This document shows positions 45,852-53,668 of a stretch of DNA of 64,000 nucleotides, piece by piece. The position numbers were made by a program, and so were the translations under genes. Numbering within the stretch: the first letter of the stretch is position 1; every line of letters starts with the position of its first letter. This stretch comes from Clostridiaceae bacterium (lineage in GTDB: Bacteria; Bacillota; Clostridia; Saccharofermentanales; DTU023): positions 4,119 to 68,118 of the forward strand of contig DUPJ01000092.1 of NCBI GenBank assembly GCA_012838355.1, given 5' to 3'. Under the pieces are notes generated by a model. The model was not told where the DNA came from and made no database searches. It was given only the letters and a program-made list of their open reading frames with translations.

Positions 45852-46868
45852 TCAGTCGTACCACTGATCGAGAAATTCACGCAAATCCGTCAGATAGGCA
45901 TCCCGGTTCAGCAGATAGCCGGAGCCGTGTCCCTCGATGAACGTTTCGTAGAGTCTTGTCGTACCTGGAAAGATGCGGAGCCGCTCCTCAATCAGAGGGT
46001 CCGAAAGGCTGTTGTCCAGATACGGGTCGGGACTGTTTCTCGTAATCCACATGGGACACACGACCTTGGCAGACAGCTGATACAAATTGATTTCCGGCCG
46101 ATTTCCGGCTGACAGCCGCACACCGAATGGGAGTGTCCACGGCAAAAAGACGTTCAGGGGGAACGGCGTTTCGTCGCTGATCAGAGCGCGGATATAGTCG
46201 GCGGTTTTGCCGGCCGGCGTATCGAGCAAAATGCCGAAGATATCCTGGCGCCACAGTTCCAGTTCCTCAATCGGCCGGGCGATCTCAGCGTCCGGCCGGG
46301 TGGTTGACGGCAGGGCATCATATGCCGACAGGACGGCACCGGTGCCTGTGCCAAGTCCGAAGAGCAGGACGCGGCCGTTTGGCGTCAGTCTTTTGGCAAC
46401 GGCGGCAGCTGCGAGCACATCATCGCTTTCCATATAGCCGAAAGAGACAAGGTCGCCGCCGGAATTGCCGCTGGCTCTGAGGTCAAACGCAATAACCTGA
46501 AACCCTTCATCGGTGAAGAAGTGAAACAGATCGGCCGTGTCGAGACCATAAGGAAGACGGTTCTGTCCCTGGTCATGGACATAGACAACGGTCCCGCGGA
46601 CAGACGTCTGGTTCGCTTTCAGAAACCAGCCGGACAGCGATGTCTGGCCGTCGAGTGAGTTGAAACGCAGCGGTTCAAAGCGCGGCAGAATATTGATGGC
46701 GAACGGCTCCAGTGCCTTGGCTTCCTGCCGCATGATGAGGTTTGCCTGATTCAGGGTTACAACGACGATGCCCACGATCAGCAGCACGAGCAAAACAATG
46801 GGGATCAGCCAGAGCCAGATCGGCCGCTTTTTTTGTTCGTGAGTCGAAATAAATCCGGGCGTTGACAT
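45852..46868 (-). CDS. Membrane-anchored alpha/beta-hydrolase-fold protein (no canonical nucleophile serine visible)
   Basis: An N-terminal TM helix is present. DLRASGNSGG...SDDVLAAAAVAKRL...VLLFGLGTGTGAV matches the alpha/beta-hydrolase topology. The GxSxG elbow reads G-L-G-T-G-T-G. Confidence 0.6.
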   Translation of the reverse strand: MSTPGFISTHEQKKRPIWLWLIPIVLLVLLIVGIVVVTLNQANLIMRQEAKALEPFAINILPRFEPLRFNSLDGQTSLSGWFLKANQTSVRGTVVYVHDQGQNRLPYGLDTADLFHFFTDEGFQVIAFDLRASGNSGGDLVSFGYMESDDVLAAAAVAKRLTPNGRVLLFGLGTGTGAVLSAYDALPSTTRPDAEIARPIEELELWRQDIFGILLDTPAGKTADYIRALISDETPFPLNVFLPWTLPFGVRLSAGNRPEINLYQLSAKVVCPMWITRNSPDPYLDNSLSDPLIEERLRIFPGTTRLYETFIEGHGSGYLLNRDAYLTDLREFLDQWYD

Positions 46869-46913
46869 TTCACCATTCTAGCAGAAACGAATATCGCCTG
46901 TTAGAATGGCCGT

Positions 46914-47936
46914 ATGGCTGTCTCAAAGAAATCAAAAACGGTGCGCATTCTCGGGATTGAGTCGAGTTGTGATGAAACGGCTGCAGCCGTTGTGGAAAAT
47001 GGACGCACGGTGCTGGCGGAAATGGTGGCGACGCAAGTTGACCGCCACGCCGTCTTTGGCGGGGTCGTGCCCGAGCTGGCTTCGCGTCTGCATCTCGAGA
47101 CGATTGCACCGCTCGTGAAGATGACACTTCTGCAGGCAAAACTGGAACCGTCAGATCTGGATGCGGTTGCTGTGACGCACGGTCCTGGTCTCGTTGGGGC
47201 ACTGCTGGTCGGTGTCAGTTTCGCGAAGGCGTTTGCCTATCGCCATCAGAAACCGCTTGTGGCGGTCCATCATCTGGCGGGGCATCTGGCGGCCAACTAT
47301 GTTGAACACCCGGAACTGGAACCGCCGTTTCTCGCTCTGATCGTGTCAGGTGCGCACTCACATCTTGTCATGGTGGAATCGTACGGCCTTTATCGGGTTG
47401 TCGCCAGAACGAGGGATGATGCCGCCGGCGAGGCGTTTGATAAAGTCGCACGCGCGATGGGACTCGGCTATCCGGGCGGCAAGAAACTGGACGAACTGGC
47501 GAAAACAGGCCGGCCGGTGATTGCACTGCCGGAGACCTCGTTTCCGGACAGCTTTGATTTTTCGTTCTCGGGTCTGAAGACGGCTGCGGTCAACCGCCTG
47601 CACAAGGCAAGGCAGAAAGGTGAAACGATTGATCAGGCTGATTTTGCATCTTCCGTGCAGACGGCCATCGTCAACACATTGCTCACTCACACGGAACAGG
47701 CAATCAGGGCGCTCAACGTGAACACGCTCGTTGTGGCAGGCGGTGTGGCAGCAAATTCCGGCTTGCGCGAGGGGCTGAAATCGCTGCAGGAGACACACGG
47801 CATCGACGTGCTCATGCCGCGCCTTTCCTGGTGCACCGACAACGCCGTGATGATTGCTGCAGCCGGCTGCCATGCTTACATGAACGAATCGTTTGCCGGG
47901 CTGGATCTGAATGCGTATGCCGTGCTTCCGATGTGA
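46914..47936 (+). CDS. tsaD: tRNA N6-adenosine threonylcarbamoyltransferase TsaD
   Basis: ILGIESSCDETAAAVV, HLAGHL and GVAAN motifs are present. Size is 340 aa. Confidence 0.95.
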   Translation: MAVSKKSKTVRILGIESSCDETAAAVVENGRTVLAEMVATQVDRHAVFGGVVPELASRLHLETIAPLVKMTLLQAKLEPSDLDAVAVTHGPGLVGALLVGVSFAKAFAYRHQKPLVAVHHLAGHLAANYVEHPELEPPFLALIVSGAHSHLVMVESYGLYRVVARTRDDAAGEAFDKVARAMGLGYPGGKKLDELAKTGRPVIALPETSFPDSFDFSFSGLKTAAVNRLHKARQKGETIDQADFASSVQTAIVNTLLTHTEQAIRALNVNTLVVAGGVAANSGLREGLKSLQETHGIDVLMPRLSWCTDNAVMIAAAGCHAYMNESFAGLDLNAYAVLPM

Positions 47937-48079
47937 CCGTCGTGTACACTGTGGATAAAGCGCTGAAGAGCCGTCATACGTGCAGGACATATTGGATTAA
48001 ATTGTGAATAACCATGTGGACAGTGTGCATAACCACCCGTTTTGTAACCGGTTGGTGTTGCCTCTGTAACAAGAAAGAC

Positions 48080-48577
48080 ATGCAGGACATGAAAACAGGA
48101 TCAAGCAACAACAAAGTGGCGGCGAACAATCGCCGCGTATATCACGACTATTTTATCGACGAGACGCTCGAAGGCGGTCTGGTTCTTCTTGGAACGGAAG
48201 TAAAGTCGATCAGGCAAGGTGAGCTTTCACTGCAGGAATCATATCTGCAGGTGATCGACGGCGAACTCTTTTTGCTTGGCATGCATATTCGGCCGTATGA
48301 GCAGGGCAACCGATTCAATCACGATCCGCTCCGGCCGCGGAAAATTCTCCTGCACAAGCGCGAAATCAATCGTCTGCGTTCGCTTGTACAGGAAAAAAGC
48401 ATGACACTGGTGCCGACTAAACTGTATTTCAAAAACGGCAAAATCAAGGTGGAAATCGGCGTTGCCCGCGGCAAGAAGCTCGTCGACAAGCGGGAAGATC
48501 TGAAGAAGAAGGATGCCGAGCGCCGCATGGCTGATGCGCTGAAGCAGCGATCGAGAGCCGAAAGCAGTATGGTATAA
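48080..48577 (+). CDS. smpB: SsrA-binding protein SmpB
   Basis: NRRVYHDYFIDETLEGGLVLLGTEVKSIR and the basic C-terminal tail are present. Start is ATG 48080 or 48089; the tracked ORF extends further upstream. Confidence 0.9.
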   Translation: MQDMKTGSSNNKVAANNRRVYHDYFIDETLEGGLVLLGTEVKSIRQGELSLQESYLQVIDGELFLLGMHIRPYEQGNRFNHDPLRPRKILLHKREINRLRSLVQEKSMTLVPTKLYFKNGKIKVEIGVARGKKLVDKREDLKKKDAERRMADALKQRSRAESSMV

Positions 48578-48606
48578 TCCATGACAGCATTCATTAAGGA
48601 GACCTC

Positions 48607-49668
48607 ATGGCGAGTACGATCGCTTACGGTCTGACTGAGTCAGGCAGTAATCTGCACGTAAATGAAGATGCCCTCTATTTGTCCGGCCGCATGAAACCGG
48701 AACTCATCGGGGGCAGGGAAGTTGAATCGGGTAAATTCACCGAACGCACTCAGCTTTTTCTTGTCACTGACGGATTTGGCGGTCCCGGTGCCGGTGATCT
48801 GGCCGGACGCATTGTATTTCAGGTCGCCCGTCAGAATCTTGCCAAAATCAAGGAAGATCCCTTCGCCCCTTTTGATTTTCCCAAATGGATACGTGAACTT
48901 ATGGCGGAAGCCGACCGTCGGATCGGCAGCGAGCTCCTTTCGCGCTCTTTCGGTCAAGCCGGCTGCAGTGTGGCACTGCTCCTCCTGGTCGACACGGTCG
49001 CCTATACCATGTCACTCGGATCGGCATCCGTGTATGTCAGCCGAAATGGTGAATTGCACCTGCAGGCCGCTCCTCAGGAGGACGCGGACGGCAATCCGCT
49101 GATCCATCTTGGCCGCCGGCCGGACCACGACGTACCGGTCGCTCAGAATATCAAGAAGCTGGAAATTGAAGCGGACGATCGCTTTTTACTCCTGACGGAC
49201 GGCGCCTACCGAACGCTTGCCGCATCTGAAATCAAGACGGCGATGACGGATCAGCAGGCATTTTCGAGCTCAATCGATCACCTGTTCGATCTGGCGGCAA
49301 AAAAAGATGCCGGCGACAACAGAACGCTGCTTGCCGTAAAAGTGCTGGATCGATACGGTGATCCTGCTGAAACACCGAAAATATCCGATCAGTCGGTTTA
49401 TGTCCGAACGGATGAGTTTGACGTCACACGGCTGAGCCAGGAGCACCGCAAGAATGTTTATGCAGGTCCGGACCGCCGTGCAGCTGCGCCCGAGCAGGCC
49501 CGCTACCGGCATGCAGACAGCAGGGGACCCGCGAGGCAGGAGCCGGCCGAGTCTGATGAACCAGTGAAAGGAAAGAGTCTTGTGAGCACGTTTCTGAAAA
49601 GTCTATTGCTTGGTTTTCTAATCGGACTGGCGATCATGCTGACGCTCTGGTTTATTTTCCTGAGCTGA
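48607..49668 (+). CDS. PP2C-family Ser/Thr phosphatase-like protein with a C-terminal membrane anchor
   Basis: Metal-site motifs appear retained: VNEDA, LVTDGFGGPGAG, LLLTDGA and GDNRTLLAV. A disordered linker is followed by the C-terminal TM helix LLLGFLIGLAIMLTLWFIFL. Confidence 0.65.
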   Translation: MASTIAYGLTESGSNLHVNEDALYLSGRMKPELIGGREVESGKFTERTQLFLVTDGFGGPGAGDLAGRIVFQVARQNLAKIKEDPFAPFDFPKWIRELMAEADRRIGSELLSRSFGQAGCSVALLLLVDTVAYTMSLGSASVYVSRNGELHLQAAPQEDADGNPLIHLGRRPDHDVPVAQNIKKLEIEADDRFLLLTDGAYRTLAASEIKTAMTDQQAFSSSIDHLFDLAAKKDAGDNRTLLAVKVLDRYGDPAETPKISDQSVYVRTDEFDVTRLSQEHRKNVYAGPDRRAAAPEQARYRHADSRGPARQEPAESDEPVKGKSLVSTFLKSLLLGFLIGLAIMLTLWFIFLS

Positions 49669-49781
49669 ACTTGGTTGCGCGTAGTGAACCGGACTCTTGT
49701 TTGCTTGTCATGACAACGGTCTTTTTCATGAGCAGCGGTCATGAATAAAGCATTTTTCAGCATTCCATGGCGAGGTAGAAA

Positions 49782-50411
49782 ATGAATCACGAACGAGAAA
49801 TTATGCCGACAATCAGGATTGACGCAATGGGCGAACCGTGCCCGCAGCCTGTTGTCAAGACAACGAGAGCGCTGCAGGACATGCGCGAAGGGGATGTGCT
49901 GGAGGTGCATGTCGACAACGAAACGGCCGTTGAAAATCTCCTGCGTCTGGCGGACAACCGCAATATTCCAGCGCGAAGCAAGAAGGTGGCTGAGCGACAT
50001 TATCTGGTTGCGATGCAGTGTACCGTTCCGCATGAAAAAGAAGAAGAGACCGAAACTGCGCCAGCCGCCGGGCGAGGTGATCTGGTCGTGGCTGTGACTG
50101 GACGCACCATGGGAACAGGAAGTGACGAACTGGGTGAAATGCTTCTTAAGGGATTCTTTTTTGCCCTGACGCAGCTGGAGCCGCTTCCGAAGGTGATTCT
50201 TCTTTATAACGGCGGTGCGTTCATGTCGGCGGAAGGGTCACCTGTGCTGGACGACCTGAAGCAGCTGGAAGCGCGCGGTGTGGACATTCTGACCTGCGGG
50301 ACCTGTCTTGAGTTTTTCGCCCTGAAAGACAAGCTGGCGGTCGGCAGCGTCACGAACATGTACAGTATCGTGACGACACTCGCTGAAGCCATGACCGTCA
50401 TCAGTCCGTAG
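49782..50411 (+). CDS. yedF: YedF-type TusA(SirA)-DsrE fusion protein (sulfur/selenium transfer)
   Basis: The N-terminal TusA-like domain has the CPxP cysteine (IDAMGEPCPQPVV). The C-terminal DsrE-like domain follows (VILLYNGGAFM...TCGTCLEF). GAGGT SD lies 5 nt before ATG 49782. Confidence 0.7.
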   Translation: MNHEREIMPTIRIDAMGEPCPQPVVKTTRALQDMREGDVLEVHVDNETAVENLLRLADNRNIPARSKKVAERHYLVAMQCTVPHEKEEETETAPAAGRGDLVVAVTGRTMGTGSDELGEMLLKGFFFALTQLEPLPKVILLYNGGAFMSAEGSPVLDDLKQLEARGVDILTCGTCLEFFALKDKLAVGSVTNMYSIVTTLAEAMTVISP

Positions 50412-50415
50412 AGCC

Positions 50416-50652
50416 ATGCGCGAGAAAACGCTCTGCACGATCGTCACGTTTCTGACACCGACGGACGCTATGGCGTTCGAGTGCTTCGCAGGACAGCATG
50501 ACCTGCCGGGGCGATTGATCCCGGTACCGTCTGCAGTTTCGGCCGGCTGCGGAATCTGCTGGTGTGCGCCGCATGAGGAAGCCGGTGCGCTGGGCGCACT
50601 GAAAGCGGCCAATACCCTGGCGATCGAGGCCATTTATACCCTGTTGATTTGA
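50416..50652 (+). CDS. DUF3343 (putative S/Se carrier-like) small protein
   Basis: 78 aa, with TIVTFLTPTDAMAFE...LIPVPSAVSAGCGICW, which is typical of DUF3343. It lies 4 nt after the yedF-like stop. Confidence 0.65.
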   Translation: MREKTLCTIVTFLTPTDAMAFECFAGQHDLPGRLIPVPSAVSAGCGICWCAPHEEAGALGALKAANTLAIEAIYTLLI

Positions 50653-51794
50653 GAAGCGCCATGATTTATCTCGACAACGCCGCCACGACCGTAAAAAAAC
50701 CGCCCGCCGTGATCGAATCTGTGACCGCTGCCCTGACCTGCATGGGAAGTGCGAATCGTGCTGCTCACGACATCAGTCTCTCCGCTTCCCGTATCGTCTA
50801 TGAGGCAAGGGGCAAACTGGCCGCCATGTTTTCTTGTGACGCCGAGCGGGTGGTGTTCACGGCCAATGCCACGGAGGCGCTGAACATTGCCGTTCACGGC
50901 GTGCTGAAACCCGGGGATCACGCGCTGACCACAGACTGGGAACATAATTCCGTGCTCCGCCCGCTCTACCGGCTGGAACGAGACAGCCAGGTCGGATTGA
51001 GTTTCGCGCCGGCCGACAGCGCCGGCTCTATCGATTACGCAGACTTCGAACGGTTCCTGCAGCCGGATACGCGCGCCATCATCTGCACGCACGCCTCCAA
51101 TCTGACCGGCGACATGTTCGACCTCGGCCGAATCGGTGAACTGGCCAAGACCCGCGACATCCTTTTTATTGTCGATGCGTCGCAGACAGCCGGCATATTC
51201 CCGCTCGACATGAAGCGCTTCGGCATCGATATTCTCTGCTTCACCGGCCATAAAAGCCTGCTTGGCCCTCAAGGCGTCGGCGGTCTTGCGATCGGGTCCG
51301 GGGTTGACATCGCACCCTGGAAAGTGGGCGGAACGGGCATGGATACGTTCAATCACGATCAGCCGCAAGCATATCCCGAAAGGCTTGAGGCCGGTACTTT
51401 GAATGCGCACGGCATCGCCGGTCTGTCTGCAGCGCTTGATTTCATTCATGACACGGGTATGCAAGCCATCCGCATGAAGGAACAGGCACTTGCCGACCGC
51501 TTTTATCAGGGCATAAAGGATCTGCCGCAAGTGACATGTTATGGTGATTTCTCGCGAGAGCGTGCTCCGATCGTCAGTCTCAATATCGGTACCACGGATT
51601 CCGGTACCATATCCGCCGAACTGGCTGACGCATTCGGCATCGCGACGCGACCGGGCGGACATTGTGCTCCGCGTCTGCATGAAGCGCTTGGCACGAAACA
51701 GCAGGGCGCTGTCCGCTTCAGCTTTTCCTGGTTCAATACAGCAGACGAGACCGATGCGGCCATAGAAGCCATCCGGTACCTCGCCACTGAATAA
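50649..51794 (+). CDS. Class V aminotransferase-fold cysteine desulfurase / selenocysteine lyase family protein
   Basis: The PLP-lysine context is FTGHKSLLGPQG. The active-site Cys loop is ATRPGGHCAP. The start is MIYLDNAATT. There is an ATGA overlap with the DUF3343 stop. Confidence 0.85.
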   Translation: MRSAMIYLDNAATTVKKPPAVIESVTAALTCMGSANRAAHDISLSASRIVYEARGKLAAMFSCDAERVVFTANATEALNIAVHGVLKPGDHALTTDWEHNSVLRPLYRLERDSQVGLSFAPADSAGSIDYADFERFLQPDTRAIICTHASNLTGDMFDLGRIGELAKTRDILFIVDASQTAGIFPLDMKRFGIDILCFTGHKSLLGPQGVGGLAIGSGVDIAPWKVGGTGMDTFNHDQPQAYPERLEAGTLNAHGIAGLSAALDFIHDTGMQAIRMKEQALADRFYQGIKDLPQVTCYGDFSRERAPIVSLNIGTTDSGTISAELADAFGIATRPGGHCAPRLHEALGTKQQGAVRFSFSWFNTADETDAAIEAIRYLATE

Positions 51795-51823
51795 TCCTGG
51801 CCGTTACACAAAAGCGAACATAA

Positions 51824-51852
51824 TTGCGACCATAATTAAAAGGTGATACAAT
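51824..51852 (+). promoter_or_regulatory. ssrA promoter (TTGCGA-17-TACAAT with TGa extended -10)
   Basis: -35 at 51824-51829 and -10 at 51847-51852. The predicted start is about 12 nt upstream of the mature tmRNA 5' end. Confidence 0.65.
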
Positions 51853-51871
51853 GCATGTCCGGCTCCAATAC

Positions 51872-52251
51872 GGGGGCGTACAGGTTTCGACGGGGTCATT
51901 GGTCCCGGTGAAGCGGGTAGAGGATTCTCGTTGGCCTCTTTAAAAAGCGAGAACAACTTATAGTTGCCAAACAACCGCAACTCGCAGCAGCTTAATTAGC
52001 TGAAGCCGCCGATCCGTTTTTTCTGTGGGGCGGGTTATCGGCGCCATGACACAGACCTTACCCGCGGGAGGTTAAACGGGCAAACAGACGGGCCTAAGCT
52101 TTGCAGTCCGCTCTGAATTGATGAAGCTACCTGATCCATGAGCCTGCCGTGAGGCGCTTGCATTCGGGGAATTCTAAAGACACGGCTGCACCCGGAGAAA
52201 CACCGGAGGATGTGGTTTCGGACAGGAGTTCGATTCTCCTCGCCTCCACCA
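51872..52251 (+). ncRNA. ssrA: Transfer-messenger RNA (tmRNA, SsrA)
   Basis: The 5' GGGGGCG pairs with the 3' CGCCUCC-ACCA, giving a 7-bp acceptor stem with a G3:U pair. GUUUCGACGGGG follows at the 5' side. The T-arm is GGAGUUCGAUUCUCC. The tag ORF context AUAGUU|GCC AAA CAA CCG CAA CUC GCA GCA GCU UAA (51966-51995) parallels E. coli AUAGUC|GCA. Confidence 0.95.
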
Positions 52252-52257
52252 AAAATG

Positions 52258-52306
52258 GTCCGAAAATTCTTTATTTGCAAGGGTTTTCGGACTTTTTGCT
52301 TTTTTA
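52258..52306 (+). terminator. Intrinsic terminator after ssrA
   Basis: GTCCGAAAA (52258-52266) pairs with TTTTCGGAC (52284-52292), followed by TTTTTgcTTTTTT. Confidence 0.7.
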
Positions 52307-52492
52307 TGGTGCGTGCATCCGGGCGTGTTTGCGACAGGCATCGCGGCGCGTATGTCTGGCTCACGAGCGAGGTACTGGAGCGTTTTGGCAACCGGGTACG
52401 CCGAGCGTCTTTTGTCTGCCGATAAGTATGCCGTTGCTCGATTTCGTTCGTCACCTTCATAATTGTGCCAATTAACGTTACAATTCGTACTC

Positions 52493-53668
52493 ATGAAACG
52501 TTCCGGCAACCGAATGCAAATAAGTGAAGGGCAGGCGAAACGTCATCGCTTTCTGTACAGACTCCTGATCCGATTGATCAGGCGTTTCATTGAGAGGCGC
52601 TTCGGCTATACGTATGATCGCGTGCCCAATGACGGTGCGCCGTATGTTGTGGTGTGCAACCACAATGCGAACCTGGATCCCGCGCTGCTTGGCCTAGCCT
52701 TTGATCATATGTATTTTGTCGCCAGCGATCATATTTTTCGCAATGCCTTTTTGGCGTCGCTCTTGAATTTCGCCTTTGCACCGATTGCCAGACGCAAGGC
52801 GACGATCGCAGCTTCAACCGTGATTGAGATGCGTCGGCGACTTATGGCCGGACACAATGTCGCGCTGTTTGCCGAAGGCGAACGGTCCTATGACGGAAAT
52901 ACAGCCCCGATCCATCCGACGATGGGGAAGCTCGTGAAAAGCTTTGGCGCAACCCTCGTGACGTACCGTTTGAAGGGCGGATATTTCACGACGCCGCGCT
53001 GGGCCTTTTCCCATCGCGGCGGCAAAATGTCGGGTGAATTGAGAGGCATTTATACGAAGGAAGCACTGGACGGATATTCGGCCGATGAAGTGCACGACCT
53101 GATCCAGCGCGATATCAGTGAGGATGCTTACACCGAGCAGGATCAGGCTCCGGTAGCGTTTGTCGGCGATAAACTGGCGGACGGCCTCGAAACGGCCCTC
53201 TACCGCTGCCCGGCGTGCACGTCGTACGGAACCTTGTCCTCGGCGGAAGATTCGGTACGCTGTACTTGCGGATTTGAGACACGCATCGACCGTTTCGGCT
53301 ATTTCGCGCCGCCTGCTCCGCGTACGTTCACCGATTGGTATCGATCGCAGCGGGATGCTCTGCGCAGCCGGCTGTCTTCGGGGCAGGTACTGCCGTTCAA
53401 GGACGAGGTGACCCTGCTGACGATTGACGGAAAACGGGAAACGGCCATGGCAAAAGGCGTGCTGCGCCTGACCGGCGATCAGCTGTCGGTCGGAGATGAC
53501 CATGCATTTTTGCTGAAAGACATCCCGCTTCTCGGCATGTATGGACGCAACCATCTGGTATTCACGCATCAGTCGAATTATTATGAACTGCGAGGAGCAA
53601 AATACTTTAATGCAAGGTACTATCTTCACATATATGACTATTACAAAGGCCACGAGGTGAGAAGATGA
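52493..53668 (+). CDS. PlsC-family (lysophospholipid) acyltransferase with a C-terminal Cys4 zinc-ribbon-containing extension
   Basis: The HX4D motif VVCNHNANLDP and the FAEGERS block are present. About 200 extra C-terminal residues include CPACTSYG...VRCTCGF. Start is uncertain (ATG 52493 or 52514; the tracked ORF starts at TTG 52463). Confidence 0.7.
   Translation: MKRSGNRMQISEGQAKRHRFLYRLLIRLIRRFIERRFGYTYDRVPNDGAPYVVVCNHNANLDPALLGLAFDHMYFVASDHIFRNAFLASLLNFAFAPIARRKATIAASTVIEMRRRLMAGHNVALFAEGERSYDGNTAPIHPTMGKLVKSFGATLVTYRLKGGYFTTPRWAFSHRGGKMSGELRGIYTKEALDGYSADEVHDLIQRDISEDAYTEQDQAPVAFVGDKLADGLETALYRCPACTSYGTLSSAEDSVRCTCGFETRIDRFGYFAPPAPRTFTDWYRSQRDALRSRLSSGQVLPFKDEVTLLTIDGKRETAMAKGVLRLTGDQLSVGDDHAFLLKDIPLLGMYGRNHLVFTHQSNYYELRGAKYFNARYYLHIYDYYKGHEVRR

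Noticed and set aside
49708-49744. Three TCATGA palindromic hexamers upstream of the yedF-like gene, considered as an operator or riboswitch.
   Set aside because: A 6-bp palindrome occurring three times in a 113-nt gap is suggestive, but it is too short to distinguish from chance. It only supports weak alternative hairpins. It is mentioned under the relay-trio finding rather than called as a feature.
50634-51680. A 348-aa ORF on the minus strand, antisense to the cysteine desulfurase gene.
   Set aside because: Antisense shadow ORF. The plus-strand frame carries the PLP-Lys and HCAP motifs.
52252-52492. A possible genomic-island or prophage attachment remnant downstream of ssrA.
   Set aside because: No integrase gene and no repeat of the tmRNA 3' end (GGAGTTCGATTCTCC...) is visible downstream. 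The flank is just a terminator plus about 190 nt leading into the acyltransferase gene.
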